Assembly (NCBI GenBank): GCA_964016885.1
Contig: OZ024742.1
Span: forward strand, 257,982,001 to 258,046,000
Reading direction: 5' to 3'
From: Eledone cirrhosa
Lineage: Eukaryota
DNA length: 64,000 bases
The notes beneath the pieces were generated by a model that made no database searches, was not told the DNA's origin, and saw nothing but the letters and a program-made list of their open reading frames with translations. This document shows positions 13,105 through 25,134 of this stretch, in pieces. The position numbers and the translations under genes are program-made. Within the stretch, counting starts at the first letter, position 1, and the number at the start of each line of letters is the position of its first letter.

Positions 13105-13618
13105 CACAGTACATTAACGGAGCCATAGGATCTCGTCGTTCCCTGTAAATAATGTGCTCAAAGGAGAGGAAAGACTGAGCTCTTTAAAATTCAATATGTT
13201 GAAAAGGTAACACACTAGAGAGAGATACAGTGCGCTATCAATAAAACAGGGAAAAAACCACCAGTGTATGGAATCTATAACCTATGAAAGGCAGAGTATA
13301 CACACAATAATTATAAATATAAATTAAAGCGTAAAGAAATACCTCTATAACTATATAACACACGTACAAATCCAAAGTGATCTGTTTCGCCAGTAAATTG
13401 TTGACAGAAATGAAATAACCCCGGTTCATCAGCGTGTGTAAGGCTATACATTTCAGACAACACTAAGAGAATGTTTAAAGCGACCGTCCAGCTACACGTG
13501 GGAGAGAAAAGTCATACCGTGTTTAAGGGCAGCGAACCAGTGGCCTCTGAGGGGCACACATATATATATATATATAAATATATATATATATTTATATATG
13601 TATATATACACACACACA

Positions 13619-13703
<85 letters not shown>

Positions 13704-13892
13704 TAGAATTAGGTTAAAATATAAAATATATATTGATTATGTTATTCATCAAATGAAGTTCAATGAACATTAATCTGAGAGCTCAATTTATACAAATTTA
13801 AACGATATACATAAATTTGTTTCTGTATATTCATGATCGTATTGCTTGGGCATGAAACTAGTTAATGTTCAGAGTGAAACGCGTATATTAAC

Positions 13893-14029
13893 CACTTACT
13901 GACGAATGAGTTACTTGGTCATAATGTTACATACTTAGATAGATGACGGGGATAGATGACTTGAGCCCAATTATGAAATCCGTTATAACTATCATGTTCT
14001 GGAATGTTCATGAAACGGCCGTATAAGTG
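13893..14029 (+). ncRNA. Type I hammerhead ribozyme with ~95-nt loop II
   Basis: CACUUA-CUGACGA-AUGAG...UUCAU-GAAAC-GGCC-GUA/UAAGUG: 6-bp stem I, 5-bp stem II, palindromic stem III, intact core. Confidence 0.8.
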
Positions 14030-14157
14030 AACTTTAGATATTGTTGGCTTCATTCTTTCTGTAAGTGAGTGCATTTAGTATTTGGTAATCCAATACGGAA
14101 AGCAGTCTTTGCTAATCATCAATTTTTTACATCAATTTGTTTTCCAGTTATAAAAAT

Positions 14158-14198
<41 letters not shown>

Positions 14199-14199
14199 C

Positions 14200-16180
14200 T
14201 GCTCTTCCCAAATAGTTCTTTACAGATCACGTTATATATGTAAAATGATCTAAAAAAAGTGCTTGAGACGCACACCTGGTATATATATTTCAAATGAAAT
14301 AGACGTTTGTAAATGTATAATAAAGCCAAACGATGCAGGTATGGAGATAGAATAAAGAATGCAAATGCAAAAGATATTGTTGACAATTAGACTTTTACCT
14401 TAGATTTATTTAAATGTCCTTAATTTTCGAGATAATATCTCTTCTTCAAAGGGAAGTAAATCTGTTAAACCAGTGTTCTAATTAGCTTGCCAAGTCATGC
14501 TAACAGGAAATGGTATAGAGTATCTGTTATATCTCTAATGTCAAAGAGTTAAGATTAGGTGGATAAAGAGCAGTATCCCTTTAAAAGGTTTTTTTTTTTT
14601 GTACATGCCTGTTTAAGTGTGCGGGAGAATGCATGAAGGTGTAATTATGTGAGTGTGTGTGTGTGAGTGTGAGAAGATATGTCTATACGTAAATGTGGGG
14701 GATAGATGTTATCTCGTGTTAGATCTGGTTTTGTGAGTGTATGTGTGAGAGAGAATAAGTGGAGGTGTAAGCGTGTGTGTGTGCGTGCGTGTGTGCGTGT
14801 GTGTGTGTGTGGGCCGTGTGTAAATATGGGGCTAGAAGCTCTATCAAGTTATAAATTGGGTGTTCAGTTCTAGTCTATTATTGATTGGTGGTTGTGTTTT
14901 GTCTATAATTAATGCTTCCTTAATTCTAAGATTGCCGAGGTTTCTTTCCTTAGTTTCTATCCTAACCGTTATGTTTTTGTCGGTGTTTTTGCATTTAACT
15001 AGGTGTTTCTTAAATGAGGAAGCGTTAGTATTGAGGTGTTCTTTTATTCTTATGTGGAGTGGTCTGGTGGTGCTACCTACGTAGAATTTGTTGCATTTGT
15101 CACACTCTAGTCTGTACACGACGTAAGCCTGGTGGCATAGGTCTGTGTCGTTGATGGGGCAGTTGGCTAGTCTGCAGCAGTTGTCATGTCTGGTGGAGTG
15201 TCTTTTGGTTAGCTGTCCGCGTAGAGAAGGACCTGAGTGGGCCAGTATGATATCTAGTCCCTCTTGTCTGATAGCTCTGCGGATGGGTGTTGTTGTTTCT
15301 TCACTGAAGTGTGGGAGCTTCAGGAAGCAAGTGTTAGTGCCTCGGGTGTGGTGTCCTCTGTTCTTTCTGGCACGGTTTGTGGTGGATGTCGTGTATCCGT
15401 TCAGTTTGAGTACTTCCAGGAAATGTGTAGTGTGTGTGTCTCGGTCTCTAGCGTCGGTGCATTTGTTCCGGATACGTGTAAGTTCGTTCCTTATGTATCC
15501 GAACTTAGCGCCGGCTGGGAGGGCCGATCTGAAATGTACGAACAGGTCCCTGCTGGCGGCTTTTTTATAGAAGCAGGTGTGGATGTTGCCTTCCTCTGTT
15601 ACCCTGAGTTGGAAGTCCAGTAGGGAGTTCTAGCTTCTAGACCCATATTTACACACGCCCCACACACACACGCACACACGCACGCACACACACACGCTTA
15701 CACCTCAACTTATTCTCCCTCACACATACACACACAAAACCAGATCTAACACGAGATAACATCTACCCCCCACATTTACGTATAGACATATCTTCTCACA
15801 CTCAAACACACACACACTCGCATAATTACACCTTCATACATTCTCCCACACACTTAAACAATCATGTACAAAAAAAAACAACAAAAAAAACATTTTAAAG
15901 GGAGACTGCTCTTTATCCACCTAATCTTAACTCTTTGACATTAGAGATAGAACAGATACTCTATACCATTTCCTGTCAGCATGACTTGGCAAGCTATTTA
16001 GAACACTGGTTTAACAGCTTTACTTCCCTCTGAAGAAGAGATATTATCTCGAAAATTAAGGACATTTAAATAAATCTAAGGTATATGACTAATTGTCAAC
16101 AATATCGTTTGCATTTGCATTCTTTATTCTATGTCCATACCTGCATTGTTTTGGCTTTATTATACATATACAAACGTCTA
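14200..16180 (-). mobile_element. 5'-truncated Penelope-like element with inverted pseudo-LTR
   Basis: GIY-YIG ORF 14844-15119 (YRLECDKCNKFYVGSTTRPLHIRIKEH...IKEALII...PPINN). Arms ~14301-14841 and ~15629-16180 are reverse complements. Same family as 60200-62080. Confidence 0.88.
16027..16061 (+). ncRNA. Minimal type I hammerhead in PLE pseudo-LTR
   Basis: CCU-CUGAAGA-A-GAGAU-AUU-AUCUC-GAAA-AU-UA/AGG. The mirror copy at 14418-14452 (minus) has C3U, and a decayed copy lies at ~61929-61963. Confidence 0.75.
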
Positions 16181-16382
16181 TACCTCATTACACAATGCTT
16201 CAAGGGAACTATAACTTCCTCCTTATATAATGAAATGTTATAACAAAAGACAATTGATATAAAGAATTGATGTTTAGCAATGCCTCCTTCTTTGCCTCGT
16301 CTTTTCCCCTTTCTCTATCGGTATGGCATTCTTGTTTTTGATTTTCTTTATTGTGGTTCTCTTCGTTATCGTCTGTTGTCTT

Positions 16383-16490
16383 TTCCTGGATAGCTATCCA
16401 TGTTTTCTATCTACGCACTGCGGTGAGATATACTGTCTTTAATCTGTTCGAAACATCAGTGAACCACAGAAGACACCCGAGGAGCGGGAA
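16383..16490 (+). ncRNA. Candidate non-circularly permuted hammerhead, family 2, slightly decayed
   Basis: UUCC-hairpin-CGCA-CUGCGGU-GA-GAUAU-A/CUGUCUU-UAAUCUGUUC-GAAACAUC-AGUGA-ACCACAG-AAGACAC-CCGAGGA-GC-GGGAA. Same architecture as 17643-17744. Confidence 0.55.
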
Positions 16491-16599
16491 TTCCCCTTGT
16501 AAGTGTTTGTATTTCTCTTACGTTTTCTCGATAATATTCATTAGTAACCACACAGCACCATTCTCACTTTATAATATATATATATATATATATAACTTT

Positions 16600-17530
16600 G
16601 ATAACTTTGATAGGTTTCGGCCAGTATTGGCCCACCCCATGTCTAACTTAATAGCACCACCTGGCGAAGATTACAAATCAGTGTTTGGGCACCATGGCCC
16701 ACTCGAGCAGAGAGTTATTGTTTACCGAGGCGTATCCGGGTGTATGAGGCTTATCCGGGATTTATTGAAGGAATTTATCCAAAGTCTTCTTGAACTTGAT
16801 GGGGTCTGTCTCTGCTTTGATGTATTTTGGTGTAATGTTAAAGAGTGCAGGGCCAATTGAGGTGAAATAATTGTGCCGTATTGTAGTAATGTGATGCGAG
16901 TGGGATTTTTGTCGTGGGCGGATAGCACAGAGCCCCAGCCTTGGGTGTACACTAAAGATGATGCCAACATCATTTGGGCTAAGCTGATGGAATGGAATAT
17001 TTTCCACATCATACAGATAATGTAGCGCTCACGGCGACGTTGGAGATAATAAAGTTTGAGCTTTTCTAATCGATCCCAATAGTCAAGGCCTGTCATGCCA
17101 ACTATCTTTATGGAATTGACCTTTGGGGTGCTTCAACTTTCATGATACTTTGTTTCGTATGGGGTGACCACAGTGGACAACAGTATTCAAGGTAGAGTCG
17201 GGCAAAAGTGGAGAAGAGAAGGACAACAGTGAGGATATCTCTGCGGGCCATATCAACTTTGCTGCTTATATGAGTGGCCCAGCTTATATTGTTGTCCACA
17301 ATTACTCCTAGGTCTATGATGTTATTGGAAGCCACTAGAGTTTCACCCGAAGGGAGAGAGTATTGTAGTTTCAGAGCATCCTTTTTTTCCAATGTGGATT
17401 AGTTCAAATTTATCCTCATTCAACAGCATATTATTCATCTCTGCCCATTGGATAACAGCCAGTAGGTCTGACTGAGGGCAATACCGGCCACCCACCTCAT
17501 TGATGACCCTTTGGAGCCTGGAATCATTCT
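16600..17530 (-). mobile_element. CR1/L2-like LINE 3' fragment (RT C-terminus)
   Basis: WAEMNNMLLNEDKFELIH, DLGVIVDNNISWATHI, LEYCCPLWSPH, DYWDRLEKLKLY.LQRRRER, FKKTLDKFL. Confidence 0.85.
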
Positions 17531-17532
17531 GC

Positions 17533-17591
<59 letters not shown>

Positions 17592-17642
17592 GAGAAGAAA
17601 GAATACTGCGTGGTTGCACATGGGTTACATATGATAAAAATA

Positions 17643-17744
17643 GTCCTTCGTCAGTGATTTTCCAACCTTCATTGGTATTTCATCGCTTTAAAAATCATAT
17701 ACCTCCGGTTGGTGCGAGCAATAGATAAATAAAGCTACTGGGAC
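17643..17744 (-). ncRNA. Candidate non-circularly permuted hammerhead ribozyme, family 1
   Basis: GUCC-hairpin-CUCGCA-CCAACC-GGA-GGUAU-A/UGAUUUU-UAAAGCGAU-GAAAUACC-AAUGAA-GGUUGG-AAAAUCA-CUGACGA-A-GGAC. Confidence 0.7.
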
Positions 17745-18161
17745 AAGTAAATCGCGTAAAGCGAGCGAGACAGTAAGCAAACAAGGGAGGATAGCAACAC
17801 AAAGATAGGAAAAAACAACCGCATGGGGATCCGGTCAGCCTAAGCTCTGTGGATTTCATGAGCGGGGGAAATACAGACCGTCCACTGTGAATGAGATGTG
17901 AGCGAGAAGAGAACCCATTACAGGCCAAACGAGAGGAAGTGAGAAGAGGAGAAGCACAGAGTGAGTTAGTTGAAGTGCGCGGAAGGGGCCATTCGAGAGA
18001 AAGTGTAACTGACAGAGGGGGCGAAAGAAGATGAGAGAAACAGAGAGCGCGGGGAAGCAGTAAGAGAGAAACAGACAAACGCAGCTGAGGAAAATATATA
18101 TAAAAAACATGAGAAGAAAGAATACTGCGTGGTTGGACATGTGTTACATATGATAAAAATA

Positions 18162-18263
18162 GTCCTTCGTCAGTGATTTTCCAACCTTCATTGGTATTTC
18201 ATCGCTTTAAAAATCATATACCTCCGGTTGGTGCTGGCAATAGCTAAATAAAGCTATTGGGAC
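18162..18263 (-). ncRNA. Second copy of permuted hammerhead, family 1
   Basis: Core identical to 17643-17744, with a perfect 5' hairpin CAAUAGCU/AGCUAUUG. Confidence 0.7.
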
Positions 18264-18274
18264 AAGTAAATCGC

Positions 18275-18344
<70 letters not shown>

Positions 18345-18352
<8 letters not shown>

Positions 18353-18572
18353 TTAGACATTATAAGCTTTCACCGTATTTTAGACTAAAGAAATTTCTAG
18401 CCTGATAGTGGGGTTTATAACCCTCGGAGAAATGGAAAAATATGAGTGTTGCCGTACATGAACAGCAACACTCATATTTTCCCATTTCTCCGAGGGTTAT
18501 AAACCCCACTATCAGGCTAGAAATTTCTTTAGTCTAAAATACGGTGAAAGCTAATAATGTCTAATTTCTAAT
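18345..18572. repeat. Near-perfect 228-bp palindrome plus ~60-bp unpaired tail, between (TA)n tracts
   Basis: attagaaattagacatta... pairs with ...taatgtctaatttctaat, with the centre near 18458. Confidence 0.9.
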
Positions 18573-18630
18573 TTTCAAACTCGCGCACTGTTTCAAAAAC
18601 ATACTTACATGTTTACATTTCTAATTTGCT

Positions 18631-18748
<118 letters not shown>

Positions 18749-18767
18749 TATATATATATATATATCC

Positions 18768-18919
<152 letters not shown>

Positions 18920-19819
18920 TGAAAGGTATGATTGTTTATAGAAGGAGTAACACACTGTTTAACACGGGGCTGAATAGTTATAATTCTAAAATGTTGTCTG
19001 ACGTTGAAATATATCGCTTTCATATTCAACGGGGCTCATCAAGATATATATTTATTCACTAAATTTTGTTTAAAATGGAAGATAACTCTGTATTTTTGCA
19101 TCCTTCCGCGTAGACGCGATATCCTTTAGTTTCGATACATAGTATCTTCATTTGAACATCTATATGCGAGGAATATTTTGAATTGATTTTTTCTTTAAAT
19201 TTAGAAAAGTGCTATTAGTTTGATTTTCATTAATCTCAGTTTTCCCATCTCATGTTTCGAGAGAACAGAGCAGATTCTTTGTTACTTCTTCCTATCGTTT
19301 TCCATCCGCTACTTGTTCTTGCAAAATATATTAGTAACCAAACCAATCCATAATTATCACTGACCCACCTTCTGAACTTCGCTTCAGAATAATTAAATTG
19401 TCGTTTATCAATCTCTATAAGGCTTCTATATTTCTATTTAAGAAGTTATGTTTTTGCATATGAATATTAAAGGGAAATATAAGAAATATAGAATGTGTGG
19501 CAATATAGGTACCTAAATTATCATACATCAATCTATGCGGGCTGAAATTGGATCACTGATTGCTGAATCTTGATAGTGGAATCATTGCCTCCTCATTCCT
19601 GGACAATTACCTCAGTCATTATACCGACTAAAATTTTAAATAATTTTATTAACGTGATAACATTAACAGACATTAAGACGTAAACCATAACGTTTCTACT
19701 TGAAGAGATGCACAAAAGATATATAGTAAGATTCAGATTCGATTACGGTTATTGTAATAACTGAATTTACATAATCAGTCTTGTAAGAAAAAGACTGCGT
19801 TAGATACAGATTATAAATA

Positions 19820-19998
19820 ATTGTTTCTACTTTTGGCACAAGGCCAGCAATTACCCAGTGTATTACTGGTACTATATTTTATCGACCCCATAAGGATGAA
19901 AGGCAAATTTAACCTCGGCGGGATCTGAACTCAGAAGGGCAAGGGCCGTAACTCTATGCGTCAAAGCATGGCGTCCGACCCTCTACCGATACTGCCAA
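19820..19998 (-). mobile_element. tRNA-derived SINE (octopus-like family)
   Basis: Reverse complement of ...gagttcagatcccgccgaggttaaatttgcctttcatccttatggggtcgataaaat...taccag. B-box-like GAGTTCA.ATCC. Matches 33045-33120 and 52008-52195. Confidence 0.75.
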
Positions 19999-21399
19999 TA
20001 AATAATGTTATATTATTTTATTTTTTACCCAAGTGATGAACATAGTTTTATTATTTCTTCTGACAATTGCATTTTATTAATACATTATTGTAGACACTAC
20101 CAGTTACACGTATACTGATATACACAGACTCACACAGACACACACAAACACACACACATACACACACACAGGCACATGCACGCACACACAAACACACACA
20201 CACACACACACTCACACACAAATATATATATATATTTGTGAGTTGGTCTGTGTGTGAATAAATTTGAAATCTATTGAAATCTGTATGTGTGTGACTGAGA
20301 GAGGGGGGAGGGGAGAAAGAAGGAAATAAAGAAGAAACACCGCACAGTTTATGTACGCATTTACCTGCCCACTGGAACATATAGAAAGCTTAACTGTCAG
20401 TAATTTGCTATCTTTCAACTGAAGCTCCAAACAATTTCCTCTGGGAAATTGAAAACCTGTAAAAGAATGATACAAAATAATATCAATTTCTAAATGATAG
20501 GAATGAATAAACGGCTTCCATAGCTTTTACGCAGTACTTAAAAACAACAGTAAATTGCACGTAAAAAACACAAGGAATAGAGGGAGATAAAGACAATGTG
20601 AACATCAACAAGCATTAGCGTTGGTATTAATGTGAATATTGAGATAACAAAACAACCCCATCCATGTGTAAGCGATAACTCTGAATATTTCATATTATTT
20701 TTTGTTTTTATAAGTTTTAGTAACTCATACTTTTATTCCGTATATAGAATTAAGAAAATGTAACACATAATTTCAACATTTTAAAATCAGAAATCTAAAT
20801 ACGTATTGAATATTTCAGATTTTAGCCCATGGATAAGTCAGATTTTTGTAGCTGCTGATCTTGATGATGATAACGAATCTGTGTGTGGGTGTTTAACTTG
20901 CTACAATTATCAGCAAATACCAGTAAATGTCCACACCACAGCGTGGAAGAAATATTTTAAGGCTTTAGAAATGAGAATTGGCTACCGATTTATTGAACAA
21001 ACGTGCATCGAAGAACGTGTAAAATACGTGGAGAATATTATTGAATTCGTGTATACTAAATATAGCAACATTAAATTCTCAGGACATTAGCTGTCCAGGT
21101 GAAAATGAAATATCTAATGAATATCCATTAACATTTGAATCAAAATCGAAGAACATTTCATGTGTTTTAACGTGAAATATTCAGCATTACTATGTATATT
21201 TTCTAGATCATTTCTACAACTTTCAGTGGCAAGAACGTCTATTCCCTGCAGATTATTGACTACAACTAACAGTAACATGGTATGTTTCTCTATTGCCAGC
21301 TTCAGGGCAATAGAGGTTTTCATTGTAGAGAGAGGTCTCGCCTGAGAGATTATCCTGTTCTTAGTAGACCAATTTCTGTAGCTCATATTTGCTGATTTT

Positions 21400-24300
21400 G
21401 CAAGGAAGGACGCTAAGGTGCAGGTCAAATGTTTTGGGTATTAATTATAATGATCCTATTACCACAGGTATAGTGTTCGTGGTCATCTTCCACATGCAGT
21501 TCATCTCAGTTTCAAGGTTGTTGTACTTTGATAGTTTTTCCATTGTTTTATGGGAATTTCTCGTCAGCTTTTACGCAAATATCTATCATGCTACATACAT
21601 GTCCGATATCATTTGATTTTTATGCTGATATCTTGCCCGTTGGCAGTGATTTCTCGGTCAGTTATCACAGGCATATCCCACAAGATGGACATGTTGCCAT
21701 TTTACATGACTGGTTTTGGTTGATGTCCATACTATTTGTCAGAGGTTTACATGTCATGAGAGCACATATTTAGATGTCATCTAGTGCACATATTTGTCAG
21801 TGTGGTTGTCTTTCTCTATAATCAGATTTTGCCAGATCTTGATATACAGAGATAACATTATCTACCGTTTCTTCTTGTTTGTAGCATATTCTACTTAGAA
21901 GTCTAGTTCCATATTTCACTATTGTTTGTCTATAAGCCCTAGTATTTAATTAGAGATTGGTCTTCTGCAGCATCGAAGACTTCCTCAGTCTGTGCTTTCA
22001 AACCGGCCCTTCTGAAACACGATAATGCGTCATCATTGTCAGAATATCGTTCTGGGAATCTACTATGTAGTGGTTTTGCCTTCCATTCACGGTTTAGTTC
22101 CTATGTTTGGAATTTGTTTCGTTTGATCCTCAGAGTCCTGAGTAGCGGTGCAGCACACTATTGTTGATTTTCTGTGGGTATGCTTCTTTCCATGTTCAGT
22201 ATTTGCCTAAGTTTGCTGGGTCTTTTGTTATTGAGTGTAGTTTTTAATTCGTTCTTGCTTCAGGACATTTGTGAGAAGATCATCCCGGCTGAGGTGGAGG
22301 TTGTTATCCAACCCAATGGTTGCTGTTTTGTATGCATTATCCAGTTGTAGGTGCTTTCATTCACATCATCTTCTTGACATATACAGACTATATATATTGG
22401 CTTTAAGGTGATGCATTTTTTTCAGTTGGCAGTTGTTTTCTGGTCTTAGTGCCCATTTTTGTAATTCTTCCTGGTTCCATTTATGATGCCACAGCTATTT
22501 ATTACCAGTGGTTCTACTCGATGGTTATCAACCTCCAACTTGCAGGAGTTTAGCAGGAGTTTAGCTCACGTTTTGTTAACAGTCTCACATTCCTAATGTA
22601 TTCCTTCTGTTTCTTTTCCCTCATACTTGCATTCTGGATTCTAACTCCTTCATTAACTCCAAAGTATTTGTAGAACTCGTTATTTAGCTCCTTTATGGTG
22701 GTTTGTTGGACTCTGTCAACATATTGATGGTTAGGGAGCAACCCTTTCTTGAATGTGGCTTTGGCACACTTGTCCAGGCCAAATTCCAAATGGATGCCAT
22801 CGCTGAATTGTTTCACTGTGTGCAGAAAATCTTCCATCATCGTTTCCAAATAGTTTGATATCATCCATATATAGAAGGTGACTGTTGTGTATGTTGTCTA
22901 CTTTATATCTATAGACTGTCCTCGGCAGTACCTGACTTAACTGAGAAAGTGACATACAAAAGAGCAAAGGGGGCTATGAGACACCCTGGCATATCCCATG
23001 GTTGATCATGATCTGCAAAGAATCCAGTGGTCCGTGGTGGTATTGAAGGACCGAGATAGATTTCCTGTTTGTCATCACTGCCTTCAAGAAATATGATATA
23101 TAGCACCTTCAGGTGCTATATATCATATAGCACCTGATCCCAGGTGCTATATGATATATTTCTAATGTATTTATGATCCATGAATGAGATACGCTGCGTT
23201 CTTGTAGTCTATCCAGGCCATTGACATGTTTTTCGTTTTCTGTTTACAGTTTTCCCTTATGAGTTTATTGATCAATCGCTGATCTTGCTCCCTTTTTGTT
23301 AACACTTTCTTTTGCAGCCTTTTTGTTCAGGTGGGTAAAATATCTCCTCCACAGACCAGGTAATTAATGACATGGTTTGTAATAACTGATGTGCGGGTTT
23401 TGTACATCGCTGGGGGACATGTAATTGGTATATAGTCCTTTGCATTTTCTGTGCATTCATTCTTCGGTAGAATATGTTACGCCAGTTGTCATCCAGATTG
23501 GGATCTTTCTTGAGTTTCCTACAGTACTGGAAAATTCAGAAGCTACGAATTCATGGAGCACATGGATATATTTCAGTCAGATTCTCCAAACCATGTCTTC
23601 CCAGTGATTTACAGTTCCCAACACTGCTGATAGCTGTTGTTACATCTTGTAAGGCCATGTCATTCCAATCCTGGGTGCAAACAGGGATTTCCATTTGTTC
23701 CAGCCATGGGTATTGGATTTTAGTCTTTAGCTTTTTCCCAGAAGTGTTCAACCTCATCAACCAGGTGGATGTCTTACTTCAATATTCTTCTTCCCTAACA
23801 CTTTGTAAAATATTGTAGGATTTTCCGCGTATATTTTGTTCTATTTAAAGAAGTTAGTTCTTTTTAATTCTCCTTTGTATATTTTGCTTTATATTTGGCT
23901 TCATTGATTCAGCAATTTCATTTTTGTCAGCTTGCCGATTGGCCTTCTATTCCTTCCTCGGCCCAGAAAGCATATTCGTGTTGAAAATCACTTCTCTTAT
24001 GTATTTCAGATACGAATGAGACGTCACTCCTCAACTCTGTAATTTTGTTCTCCAGCTGTCTGTGCCATTTCGGCTTTCCATTAGTGTTTGGCTCTAGGGA
24101 TGCAGCTTGCCAGAAATCACATCTGCAGTAACATATAGGAGCTGTTTAATATCATCAAGTATCAGTGGTTTTCCGTGTTCGCCTCTAATTATATCTAGCC
24201 TTTTGTTGATTAGGTTGATCTTCGTCAGATGATGCATCAATTTGAGCATTTTCTGAAGTTTTGATTGTTCTATTAAATCCTGCACTTTCAGAAACTTCCA

Positions 24301-25015
24301 CTAACACAGAATGCCTTCTATCTTTCTCCAGACCGCAGCAGTAATCAGTGAACATTCATGTAAATGTTTATATTCAGGGAGCTTCTCATATGTTGGAGTT
24401 TCAGCAATACACTTACCGTCTGCTGCTTCTGTTGTATAAAGGTGTCCTTCTCGACTGGGGTTGTTATGTTGCTCACTTGTCTCCGCTTTGATAGTTTCCA
24501 TTTCTATGTTAGTGAGATTTTGCTCCTCATAATATCTCTTCTCACATTAGCTAGCTTACTCATGTCCATGTATTCTCTGGAGTTAGGGTTGAAATTCTTC
24601 CAAATACTAGAGGTTTTTTTAGTTAAAGGGTTCTTTCTTGCCAACAATAGGTAGTATAGTAGGCATTAGTCACTGCTTTGTATTCCTCACTGGTCAATGG
24701 TTAACGTGCCTTTTTAGCATGTAACTTGTCGTCACCTTGTGAGGGCTGTCCTCGGTATGACGGTTACTGGTGGTGTATGGGAGTGGGTTATTCCATTTGC
24801 TGATTTTTGTACCTTAATTTGGTTCCTCGCCAAGGGTTGCGGTCCTTGGTAAACTATGTGACTCCCGATGCCATTGATTTACTTTTTATTTGTAAAATGT
24901 TGGTGTTAAGGTGTTACTTTTCTGTCTGTGTACTCTCCCATAGCCGCTGACTCAAGTATGGGTCTAACTCTCACGCCAGAGTAGTTTGTGGTCCAATGAC
25001 GTGTTGGGGGACCAG
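21400..25015 (-). mobile_element. Decayed R4/Dong-like (RLE-type) non-LTR retrotransposon
   Basis: HLLYMDDIKLF; LEFGLDKCAK; YKYFGVNE. By-eye translation gives GLKAQTE..AAEDQ near 21960-22010 and RLE-like EKLSKY.NLE/IPVVIG near 21450-21545. Many stops and frameshifts; ends approximate. Confidence 0.75.
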
Positions 25016-25134
25016 GTCGATGTTAGCAGAGCGTGTGATCCCATTAACGCTCGCACATTACTATTTTGGTTTTAATTGGAGTCTCACTCATTGGTGTTAT
25101 TTAAGTTTTTTCAAAGGAACAAAGGAACACCAAA

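Larger units (their letters stand above)
17585..18275 (-). mobile_element. Non-coding partial-tandem repeat (~175-bp direct repeats, 519-bp period) between (TA)n tracts; retrozyme/pLTR-like
   Basis: 17585-17755 repeats at 18101-18274. Each repeat holds the permuted hammerhead motif. A diverged homolog lies at ~43100-43440. Confidence 0.75.

Noticed and set aside
13375-13436. Minus-strand CUGAUGA-ACCGG...CUGGC-GAAAC hammerhead-like motif (similar remnants near 43615 and 63760-63790)
   Set aside because: Stem I and the cleavage triplet cannot be formed convincingly. At most decayed relics.
17643-17750. Alternative readings of the permuted motif as a C/D-box snoRNA or dicistrovirus IGR IRES
   Set aside because: There is no properly ordered C and D box pair with a terminal stem, and the AUUUA loop is not conserved in the 43151 copy. 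Hammerhead geometry explains more of the conserved bases.
20806-21090. 94-aa non-repetitive ORF as a host exon (also the candidate near 44450-44520 and ORF 53796-54236)
   Set aside because: No recognisable domain or consistent splice chain. Needs homology or RNA-seq evidence.
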